DNA of 38,584 nucleotides from the NCBI GenBank assembly GCA_018055515.1, contig JAGPHL010000001.1, forward strand, positions 1-38,584, given 5' to 3'. The position numbers and the translations under genes were made by a program. The notes beneath the pieces were generated by a model that did no database searches, had not been told where the DNA came from, and was given only the letters and a program-made list of their open reading frames with translations. The stretch is from Anaerolineae bacterium. GTDB taxonomy: Bacteria > Chloroflexota > Anaerolineae > B4-G1 > SLSP01. Shown piece by piece: positions 32,113 through 38,584 of this stretch (the stretch's first letter is position 1; the number at the start of each line of letters is the position of its first letter).

Positions 32113-34494
32113 TCATGCCTTGCACGCCAGGTCCTCGTCCCCGTGAAGTGCCAGGTAAACCTTTTCCGCCGAGAGGGGCAGGTGATTGAAGCGCACGCCC
32201 AACGCATTGTACAGGGCGTTGGCGATAGCCGGCGCCGTCTGCACCATCACGTGCTCACCGACGCCGCGCGCGCCCCACGGACCATCCTCCAGCGGCGTCT
32301 CCACGATGTCGCCATGGATTTCGCGCGGCGCATCCAGCGCGGTCGCGATCTTGTAGTCCACGAAACTGGGGTTGCGCAGCCGCCCGTGCTCGTCGAAGAA
32401 CATGCCCTCGAAGGCAGAACTCAGGCCGTGCACAGCGCCTCCCTCGATCTGGGTCAGCACCAGGTCGGGGTTGATGGCCTTGCCCACGTCGTAGGCGCTC
32501 GCGATCTTGAGGACCTCAATCTGCCCGGTCTCAGTGTCTACTTCCAGCTCGACCGCCTGCGCCCCCACGGTGTAGTGGACGACGGCCCGCGCGCCCTGGC
32601 CGGTCTCCGGATCCAGGCCGGTCACGTAAGTGGGCATGAACTTCCCCGTGCCGACGATCGGCCCGCCCTGCCACCCCTCGAAATTCTCGTTCGGCAGGCC
32701 ATAGACCACCATCTTTTGAAGCGGCTGTTCCCGCTCCGATTTATAGGAGATCACCACGCCGTTTCTGATGTCCAGGTCCGCCGGGTCTTCGTTCCAGTAT
32801 TTGGCGACGATGTCAAGAATCTGCGCGCGCGCATGTTCCGCCGCCGCCTTCACCGCGTTGCCCATGGACCAGGTCAGGCGGCTCGCCACGGTCTGCCATT
32901 CGTAAGGGCTGTATTTGGTGTCCACGGGATTAGCCGAGACGCGCACCCACTCGAAGGGAATGCCCAGCGCTTCCGCCGCCATCTGCGCCGCGACCGTGAA
33001 GGCGCCCTGTCCGATCTCCTGCCCGGAGACATAGACGTTGAGCGTGGCGTCCTCGTTGAAGCGGACAATCGCCGAGCTACCGGGATTGGGCGGCATGGCC
33101 GGCGCCTTCCACATGATCGCCAGGCCCTTGCCCCGGCGTTTGTGCGGGGCGGAAGGGGCGCTCACCTGCCCCCACCCGATGGCAGCCTTCACCCGGTCAA
33201 TGCACTGCGGCAGATCCACGTTCGGCATGATCATGCCGGTGAGAATCACATCGCCAGGGCGGATGCAGTTCTGCCGTTTGAAGTCCGCCGGGTCCCTGCC
33301 GATGGCTTCGGCGAGCCGATCCAGCATCTGCTCCAGGCCCCAGTGGATTTCCGGCATCCCGAAGCCGCGCATCGCCGAGCCGATGGGATGATTGGTGTAG
33401 ACGCAGTAGGAATCCCCCTTGACGTTGGGGACATCATAGGGACCAGTGCAGGAATAGCCTGCGGCGCGGGCGATATTCACGCCGTAGTCGTTGTACGCGC
33501 CCCCGCCGAAGTAGTAGGCGAGCTCCATCGCCAGCAGGTTGCCGTCCTTGTCGCACCCGATCTTGTACTTGCCCACGAGGCTCTGGCGCACGTTGGTGGC
33601 GACGAACTCTTCCTCACGGCTCATCCGCACTTTGACGGGATGCCCCGGCACCGCTTTCGCCATGAGCACCACATTGGCCTCGATGGAGATGCCGGCCTTA
33701 CCGCCGAAACCGCCGCCAATGTAGGGTGAAATCACGCGCAGATTGCCGTGCGGGATGCCCAGGCTTTGCGCCACCAGATCGCGCTGTGCGAACGGCGATT
33801 GTGACGCCGACCACAACGTCACCTGCCCATCGGGATTCCATTGCGCCACCGCCACATGCGTCTCGATGGGGGCGTGCTGGATCTGCGGCAGGGTGTATGT
33901 GTCTTCAACGATCGCCGCACACTGCGCCCAGACTTCCTCAGAGACGCCGGCGTCACTCACCTGACCCTTGCGCAATTTGAAATGTTCGGAGATGTTGGTG
34001 CCGGGTTCAGGGAAGATGAAGTTGACGACCTCATATTGCCCCAGGTCCGGGTGGAGGAGCGGCGCGTCGGGCTGTGCGCCCGCATAGGGATCGAAAACCG
34101 GCGGCAGCGCCTCGTATTCGACCTCGACGAGCTTCGCCGCCTGCTCTGCAATCTCCTCGCTGACGGCGATCACGCCGGCGACCGACTCGCCGACATACCG
34201 CACCCGGTCATAGGCGAAGATGAAGCGGTCCTTGAGATACAGCCCCAGCCGCGTGGGATTGTCCTGACCGGTGACCACCGCCTTCACGCCGGGGAGGGCC
34301 AGGGCTTTGCTCACATCAATCTTTTTGATCAGCGCGTGGGCTATGGGGCTGTGCACGATCTTGCCGTACAGCAATGCCGGCCCGAAGTTCATGTCATCCA
34401 CATACTTTGCGGCGCCGGTCACTTTCTCAAACGCATCCACGCGCGGGACGCTTTTACCAACAGGATTTGAAGTTTGTTCATTCATAATCATCAT
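32113..34494 (-). CDS. Xanthine dehydrogenase/aldehyde oxidase family, molybdopterin-binding large subunit
   Basis: SD GGAGAG lies 8 nt upstream of ATG 34494. The product is 793 aa. The N-terminal a/b-hammerhead pattern is RVDAFEKVTGAAKYVDDM..GVKAVVTGQD. Molybdopterin-binding blocks include GGGFGGK and MRGFGMPE. A C-terminal GARGVGE block carries the family's catalytic Glu position. The substrate cannot be assigned by eye. Confidence 0.9.
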   Translation of the reverse strand: MMIMNEQTSNPVGKSVPRVDAFEKVTGAAKYVDDMNFGPALLYGKIVHSPIAHALIKKIDVSKALALPGVKAVVTGQDNPTRLGLYLKDRFIFAYDRVRYVGESVAGVIAVSEEIAEQAAKLVEVEYEALPPVFDPYAGAQPDAPLLHPDLGQYEVVNFIFPEPGTNISEHFKLRKGQVSDAGVSEEVWAQCAAIVEDTYTLPQIQHAPIETHVAVAQWNPDGQVTLWSASQSPFAQRDLVAQSLGIPHGNLRVISPYIGGGFGGKAGISIEANVVLMAKAVPGHPVKVRMSREEEFVATNVRQSLVGKYKIGCDKDGNLLAMELAYYFGGGAYNDYGVNIARAAGYSCTGPYDVPNVKGDSYCVYTNHPIGSAMRGFGMPEIHWGLEQMLDRLAEAIGRDPADFKRQNCIRPGDVILTGMIMPNVDLPQCIDRVKAAIGWGQVSAPSAPHKRRGKGLAIMWKAPAMPPNPGSSAIVRFNEDATLNVYVSGQEIGQGAFTVAAQMAAEALGIPFEWVRVSANPVDTKYSPYEWQTVASRLTWSMGNAVKAAAEHARAQILDIVAKYWNEDPADLDIRNGVVISYKSEREQPLQKMVVYGLPNENFEGWQGGPIVGTGKFMPTYVTGLDPETGQGARAVVHYTVGAQAVELEVDTETGQIEVLKIASAYDVGKAINPDLVLTQIEGGAVHGLSSAFEGMFFDEHGRLRNPSFVDYKIATALDAPREIHGDIVETPLEDGPWGARGVGEHVMVQTAPAIANALYNALGVRFNHLPLSAEKVYLALHGDEDLACKA

Positions 34495-34600
34495 GCTCTA
34501 TACTCTCCAGATTAGAGAACTTGCGACGGGTTGCCAGTCGGTCACGGGTCCGCAGGGGCCTTCTATCTCCACCTTGCTGCGCGTCGCTGACTACTCGTTC

Positions 34601-34670
34601 TTCCAGCATCCAGCCTCCAGCTTCCAGCCTCTAGCTTTCAGCTTCCAACACCGGGCTTCCAACCTCCAGC
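34601..34670. repeat. Degenerate tandem 7-nt repeat (ttccagc-like, 10 units)
   Basis: The units are ttccagc atccagc ctccagc ttccagc ctctagc tttcagc ttccaac accgggc ttccaac ctccagc. The block spans the stop codon of the 2Fe-2S subunit gene (34631-34633), about 12 of its C-terminal codons, and part of the spacer. Confidence 0.9.
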
Positions 34671-35110
34671 ACCGCATCCACAATCCGCACATAGCCGGTG
34701 CAGCGGCAGAGATTGCCCACCAGCGCCTCGCGGACCTCCTCCTCCGTAGGATGCGGGTTGCGCGCCAGCAGCGCCTTCGACGACATCAGCATCCCCGGCG
34801 TGCAAAAGCCGCACTGAATAGCGTTGTGCTCGATGAAGGCTTTCTGCAGGGGATGCAGGTCGCCGCCCCGGCTGAGGCCCTCCACCGTCTCGATCTCATG
34901 CCCCTCAGCCTCGACCGCCAGGACCAGGCAAGAATTGACCGGCGCCCCATCGAGCAACACTGTGCAGGCGCCGCATTCCCCATTCTCGCAACCGATTTTC
35001 GTGCCGGTCAACCCCAGCTGCTCACGCAGCACGCGCGCCAGCGTATAATGGGATTTCACGATGACGGGATAGGGTTCACCGTTGATATTCAAAGTAATTT
35101 CATGTAGCAT
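34631..35110 (-). CDS. Xanthine dehydrogenase family [2Fe-2S]-binding small subunit
   Basis: I trimmed the ORF track 34631..35149 to ATG 35110 (MLHEITLNINGEP), which has SD GAGGAG 6 nt upstream. The cysteine motifs are GCENGECGACTV and QCGFCTPG..CRCTGY. The last ~12 codons (LEVGSPVLEAES) are encoded by the 7-nt tandem repeat. Confidence 0.9.
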   Translation of the reverse strand: MLHEITLNINGEPYPVIVKSHYTLARVLREQLGLTGTKIGCENGECGACTVLLDGAPVNSCLVLAVEAEGHEIETVEGLSRGGDLHPLQKAFIEHNAIQCGFCTPGMLMSSKALLARNPHPTEEEVREALVGNLCRCTGYVRIVDAVLEVGSPVLEAES

Positions 35111-35126
35111 GGTTTGCTCCTCACTG

Positions 35127-35161
35127 ATGCGTACTTCGTAATGCGTCATGCGTCATGCGCA
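35127..35161. repeat. Tandem 7-nt repeat (atgcgtc-like, 5 units)
   Basis: The units are atgcgta cttcgta atgcgtc atgcgtc atgcgca. The block lies in the spacer between the FAD-subunit stop (35197) and the 2Fe-2S subunit start (35110). Confidence 0.9.
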
Positions 35162-35196
35162 GTGCTTGCAAATTCTTACGCAGCGCGCGAGTCGCA

Positions 35197-36054
35197 TTAC
35201 GCTAATCTCTCCAGCACGCCCTCAATCGCCCGCCGGGTGATGCGTCCCACCATGGCCTGGCGATACGCGGCGCTGGCGCGGACGTCGTCAATCGGGCAGC
35301 AAGCGTCAAACGCACAGTGCATCGCCCGCTCGATAGCGGCGGCGTCATGCCCGGCATTGAGCGCGGCCTCGGCCTCCGGCGCGCGGATGGGCGTGGGCGC
35401 GACGGCGCCCAGCGCCAGACGCCACTCATAACCGCCATTCCGGGGAGACGCCAGCGCCGCCACCCCCACAATGGCCAGATCGCCTGCCTTGCGACGGCTC
35501 AACTTCACATAGGTCCCCGCTGTCCCTTCCGGTAACGCGGGGATGAGCACCCCCACCAACAGTTCGCCTTTTTGGAGTACCGTCTTGCGCGGGCCGACGA
35601 AAAAGGACGCGATGGGCACACGCCGCTCGCCCTCGGGGCCGCGAATCAACGCCAGAGCTTCCATCACCAACAGCGCCGGCGCCGAATCCGCTGCGGGCGA
35701 GGCCGTACACAGATTGCCGCCGAGAGTGGCACGATTGCGGATCTGCTCGTTACCCATCGCCGCCGCCGCCTGCGCCAACAGATTCCAGGGCGTGCTGTTC
35801 ACCAGCGGGTGATGGATGAGCTCCGTCATCCGCACCGCCGCGCCCACGCGCAGCCCCTCCTCCGTCACCACGATATCACCCATGCCGGGCAATCCCTTGA
35901 TGTCCACCACCACATCGGGCTGCCACAGACCGTCACGGACCATGGGAATCAGATCCGTCGCGCCTGCCAGCGGCAACACCTTCTTCTCGGGTAGGAGCAA
36001 CCAGCGGAAGGCTTCCTCGAAAACTTCAGGTCGGTAATAGTCGAATGGTCGCAT
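35197..36054 (-). CDS. Xanthine dehydrogenase family FAD-binding medium subunit
   Basis: I trimmed the ORF track 35197..36114 (TTG start) to ATG 36054 (MRPFDYYRPE), which has SD AAGGAG 7 nt upstream. The CO dehydrogenase flavoprotein-like pattern is LAGATDLIPMVRDG..ATLGGNLCTASPAADS. Confidence 0.88.
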   Translation of the reverse strand: MRPFDYYRPEVFEEAFRWLLLPEKKVLPLAGATDLIPMVRDGLWQPDVVVDIKGLPGMGDIVVTEEGLRVGAAVRMTELIHHPLVNSTPWNLLAQAAAAMGNEQIRNRATLGGNLCTASPAADSAPALLVMEALALIRGPEGERRVPIASFFVGPRKTVLQKGELLVGVLIPALPEGTAGTYVKLSRRKAGDLAIVGVAALASPRNGGYEWRLALGAVAPTPIRAPEAEAALNAGHDAAAIERAMHCAFDACCPIDDVRASAAYRQAMVGRITRRAIEGVLERLA

Positions 36055-36075
36055 AGCACACTCCTTTGTGGAAGC

Positions 36076-36102
36076 CACAGAGGACACAGAAGTCACAGAG
36101 AT
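36076..36102. repeat. Tandem 9-nt repeat (cacagagga cacagaagt cacagagat)
   Basis: It lies in the spacer between the permease stop (36175) and the FAD-subunit start (36054). The same spacer holds a second direct repeat, ctgcgccctc, at 36127-36136 and 36150-36159. Confidence 0.9.
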
Positions 36103-36174
36103 CTTTCGCTTCAACCTCTGCGTTTTCTGCGCCCTCTGCAGCTCATTTACTGCGCCCTCAAGGGCTAACAGCTA

Positions 36175-37563
36175 TTAAAACTCGATATTCGCGCGTTCTT
36201 GGACGCCAAACTTTGACGGCGGAAGGATGAGGAACAGCGCGTTGAGCAAAATGCCGACAATGGCCGCGAAAACGATCGCCGGAATGCCATCCGGGAACAG
36301 GATTGGGACCTTAAACGGGAACAGCCCATTCGGCAGCGCCAGGTTGCCGCCGATACCCAGGACCAGGATCACAGCACCGATGGCCAGGTTCTTCGGGTCA
36401 AAGAGGTTGACCTTCTCACTCTGGAGCAACGCAATACCCTGCTTGCCGATCACGCCGAAGAGGTAGATCGCCAGGCCGCCGGTCACGGCAGTAGGAATGG
36501 TGTTCACCAGCGCGGCCAGCTTGCCGATGAAGCCCAACGCCATCGCGATGGCGCCGGCTGCCATCAAGACCGCCACGGAGTAGTTGCGGGTGATCGCCAT
36601 AAGCGAGTTGTTCTCACCGTAGTTGGTGCCCGCGCACCCGCCGAGCAAACCGTTGAGCATGTCATTGCAGCCATCCGCCACCAGGTTCAGGCCGATGAGC
36701 TTCTTGATCTCCACCGGCTTGCGCTTGAGGTCCTTCGCCAGCTGGTCAATGTAGAGGCTCATCTGATACAGGTGCGCGGTAGACTCCGGAATGGTAGCGA
36801 TAGCGATCAAGGCCACGCTGATCGCCATGCCCCAGGCCCGTCCGTCCCCAAAAGCCGGGAAGGTGAAATTCGGCACCCGAAGCCAGGCCGCCTTACCCAC
36901 AGGGGAGAAGTCCACAATGCCAAAGATGAGCGAGATGATATATCCCGCGACGGCGCCGAGGAGGATGGGCAACATCCCCAGCAGCCCCTTACCCTGCAAG
37001 TAAACGGAGAAAGCGATGGTGAGGATCAGGGTGATGAACGCCACGCCCCAGTTGGCCGAAGCCATGTTGAGGGCCGAACCCGCCAGCGCCAGGCCAATGA
37101 CGATCGCCACGTTGCCCGTCACGATCGGCGGCAGGGCCTTGTCCAACCGCTCCTTGCCGATGCGCTGAATCAACAGGCCAAACAGAATGTTGAACAGGCC
37201 CGTGCAGACGATGCCGACCTGCGCCAGGCGCACGCCATCGGGGCAGTACACCGTCGTGGGATCGTTGAAACAGGCGGGCGCGTACTTGGACATCACCGTA
37301 ATGACCACCGTGATGTAGCTGAAAGAGGAACCATAGTAGAGAGGAATCTTGCGCTTGGCGACCAACAGGGCAATGATCGTGCCCAACCCAGAAGCAAAAA
37401 GCGTGACGCCAACATCGAACTTAGTGAGGATCGCGACCAGCACCGTTGCGGGGAACATCGTCAGCACTTGCTGGAAGCCGAGGCTCAACATGGCGCCCCA
37501 ACCGGGGACATCCTCGGGCATGTAGCCCATGATTTTCGCTTCAGTCTCAGGTTTCTTGGCCAT
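36175..37563 (-). CDS. Nucleobase:cation symporter-2 (NCS2/NAT) family permease (uracil/xanthine-type)
   Basis: SD GAGGAG lies upstream of ATG 37563. The product is 462 aa and polytopic. The family pattern is LGFQQVLTMFPATVLV and the NAT-signature-like block is YGENNSLMAITR. Confidence 0.88.
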   Translation of the reverse strand: MAKKPETEAKIMGYMPEDVPGWGAMLSLGFQQVLTMFPATVLVAILTKFDVGVTLFASGLGTIIALLVAKRKIPLYYGSSFSYITVVITVMSKYAPACFNDPTTVYCPDGVRLAQVGIVCTGLFNILFGLLIQRIGKERLDKALPPIVTGNVAIVIGLALAGSALNMASANWGVAFITLILTIAFSVYLQGKGLLGMLPILLGAVAGYIISLIFGIVDFSPVGKAAWLRVPNFTFPAFGDGRAWGMAISVALIAIATIPESTAHLYQMSLYIDQLAKDLKRKPVEIKKLIGLNLVADGCNDMLNGLLGGCAGTNYGENNSLMAITRNYSVAVLMAAGAIAMALGFIGKLAALVNTIPTAVTGGLAIYLFGVIGKQGIALLQSEKVNLFDPKNLAIGAVILVLGIGGNLALPNGLFPFKVPILFPDGIPAIVFAAIVGILLNALFLILPPSKFGVQERANIEF

Positions 37564-37575
37564 ACGAATTTCTCC

Positions 37576-37650
37576 TCAAAAACTAGATAGGGAATGAAAT
37601 GCAAAAAACCAGAAAATGGCAGATGATTCGCAGTTATTTTCTATATCCAT
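37576..37650 (-). CDS. Possible 24-codon upstream ORF in the permease leader (MDIENNCESSAIFWFFAFHSLSSF)
   Basis: I translated this by hand. ATG 37650 is preceded by AAGGAGG, but only 1 nt away, which is a poor spacing. Its TGA stop (37576-37578) overlaps the permease SD (TGAGGAG). No other support exists. Confidence 0.2.
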   Translation of the reverse strand: MDIENNCESSAIFWFFAFHSLSSF

Positions 37651-37658
37651 ACCTCCTT

Positions 37659-37678
37659 ACACGATAGAACACGATAGA
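37659..37678. repeat. Direct repeat, 2 x 10 nt (acacgataga acacgataga) in the permease leader
   Basis: I read it directly. It lies about 100 nt upstream of the permease start, next to the hairpin at 37683-37716. It may be an operator. Confidence 0.85.
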
Positions 37679-37682
37679 GTGA

Positions 37683-37716
37683 GAGGCGAGAAAGGATCCT
37701 TCTCACTTCTCGCCTC
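37683..37716. other. Hairpin (10-bp stem gaggcgagaa / ttctcgcctc, 14-nt loop containing the palindrome aggatcct)
   Basis: 37683-37692 pairs with 37707-37716. It lies 17 nt downstream of the DUF35 gene stop. No U-tract follows on the minus strand. Confidence 0.8.
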
Positions 37717-37732
37717 GCACTTCCCAATCGGG

Positions 37733-38086
37733 TCAGCTCAACGGCTTGAATTTCAACCCGTAAACGGGCTCGCCGAAGACGTAACGCACCGGTCGCCACT
37801 CGGCCTTGAGGGTCATACCCGGCCGCAGATCAGCGCCATCGGGCGCGTCAATCTGCCCCATGGCCTTCACACCGTTTTCAAACTGCCCCACGCCAATGTA
37901 GAGGAAGCGTTCGTCGAAGCCCCACGGCAGATTGAAGATCTGCGTGTACGTCAGCAGCTTCACGTCGCCCTCGGGATGAATTTCATCAAACTCACGCTGC
38001 TTGCAGGTCAGGCAACGCTCGTGTTTGGGGTAGTGAATGCGCCCGCACTTCTTGCACTTGTAAGCTACTATCTGAATGTCACTCAT
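37733..38086 (-). CDS. Zn-ribbon plus OB-fold protein (DUF35 family)
   Basis: I trimmed the ORF track 37733..38134 (TTG inside a tandem repeat) to ATG 38086 (MSDIQIVAYKCKKCG), which has SD GGAG 7 nt upstream. The CxxC..CxxC ribbon is CKKCGRIHYPKHERCLTC. The following sequence is OB-like. Confidence 0.8.
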   Translation of the reverse strand: MSDIQIVAYKCKKCGRIHYPKHERCLTCKQREFDEIHPEGDVKLLTYTQIFNLPWGFDERFLYIGVGQFENGVKAMGQIDAPDGADLRPGMTLKAEWRPVRYVFGEPVYGLKFKPLS

Positions 38087-38116
38087 AGGTTTCTCCGTTT
38101 CAAGTTTTCCAGTAGT

Positions 38117-38148
38117 AAATCTGAAAATCTGCAAATCTGCAAATCACA
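38117..38148. repeat. Tandem 8-nt repeat (aaatctga aaatctgc aaatctgc aaatcaca)
   Basis: It lies in the spacer between the four-helix-bundle gene stop (38155) and the DUF35 gene start (38086). The ORF-track TTG start at 38134 lies inside it. Confidence 0.9.
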
Positions 38149-38154
38149 GAGAGC

Positions 38155-38571
38155 TCAGCGAAGTCTAGCGCTTGAAGCCTGAATTTCGGTGGTCAGCAAC
38201 GCGATGATCTCGCTGAACAAGTTCAGGCGATGGTCAAGCACCTCCGGTTTTAGCAGGGCTTTTGCGCGATAGTACCACCCTTTGCTCTCGCGAGCTGAGC
38301 CGAGCGCAATTCGCAAAAAGTACAGCCGGTCCCGGCCATACCCACGCCCTGAACCTTCCTCGATGTTTGCCGCGACCGAACCCGCACTGCGAATGAGCTG
38401 TTGTGCCACGGATTTCTTCAAAGGGTGCATCAACAATTGTTCACAATCCTGCCAGCACACATCGTAAGCAAATAAGGCTTTGCGGTAGCCGAAGAATTTC
38501 CACACCTCTTCTCTGGTGATCTGCTCCGGCACTGTGGCTGCCCAAGCCTCATAGTTGCTTAACCGCTCCAT
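38155..38571 (-). CDS. Four-helix-bundle protein (23S rRNA intervening-sequence protein family)
   Basis: The start is ATG 38571. The family pattern is QLIRSAGSVAANIEEGSGRGYGRDRLYFLRIALGSARESKGWYY. Confidence 0.8.
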   Translation of the reverse strand: MERLSNYEAWAATVPEQITREEVWKFFGYRKALFAYDVCWQDCEQLLMHPLKKSVAQQLIRSAGSVAANIEEGSGRGYGRDRLYFLRIALGSARESKGWYYRAKALLKPEVLDHRLNLFSEIIALLTTEIQASSARLR

Positions 38572-38584
38572 TTCCTCAAACTCT

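Noticed and set aside
37564-37732. A purine riboswitch in the leader of the NCS2 permease.
   Set aside because: I could not find the conserved junction and loop sequences of the purine aptamer (for example the UAUAAUCGCG..GAUAUGGC..CUACC pattern) or a three-way-junction arrangement. Only a covariance-model scan could exclude a divergent element.
1-38584. Mobile elements, prophage or defence islands, tRNA/rRNA genes.
   Set aside because: I recognised no transposase, integrase or recombinase motifs and no long inverted terminal repeats. I saw no tRNA-like cloverleaf candidates in the few spacers. The only non-coding stretches longer than 150 nt are 28104-28615, 31832-32112 and 37564-37732.

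Overview
The window is visibly GC-rich bacterial chromosome. Every convincing gene lies on the minus strand: 23 CDS (one partial) plus one doubtful 24-codon uORF. I saw no RNA genes, CRISPR arrays or mobile elements.

Nt 1-28103 hold an unbroken co-directional array of 14 genes. Thirteen are paralogous 'sensor-only' proteins and one is an orphan solute-binding lipoprotein. The genes are packed tightly: five ATGA stop/start overlaps, and the other gaps are 3-88 nt with Shine-Dalgarno (SD) sites.

Each paralog joins a different input module to the same cytoplasmic part. The inputs are periplasmic-binding-protein (PBP)-like domains, tandem Cache, single Cache, a helical bundle, a LacI-type ligand domain, PAS, and polytopic membrane domains. 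The shared part is a signalling helix, a highly conserved GAF, a short 'W-motif' domain, and a ~45-aa tail that looks like the start of another GAF and then stops. None shows a kinase, cyclase, phosphodiesterase, MCP or DNA-binding output that I can recognise by eye.

A 512-nt structured spacer (three perfect GC hairpins, two opposed G-quadruplex motifs) separates the array from an upstream operon. That operon encodes a Cache-HAMP-GAF histidine kinase and two single-domain response regulators. Further upstream lie a xanthine-dehydrogenase-family three-subunit enzyme, an NCS2 nucleobase permease, a DUF35-type Zn-ribbon/OB protein and a four-helix-bundle protein.

Intergenic spacers carry locus-specific short tandem repeats with 7-18 nt units. 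The style is reminiscent of Chloroflexota, but that is a weak inference.

The main candidate for something undescribed is the output-less GAF sensor array with its truncated-GAF C-terminus. I cannot establish novelty without database searches.
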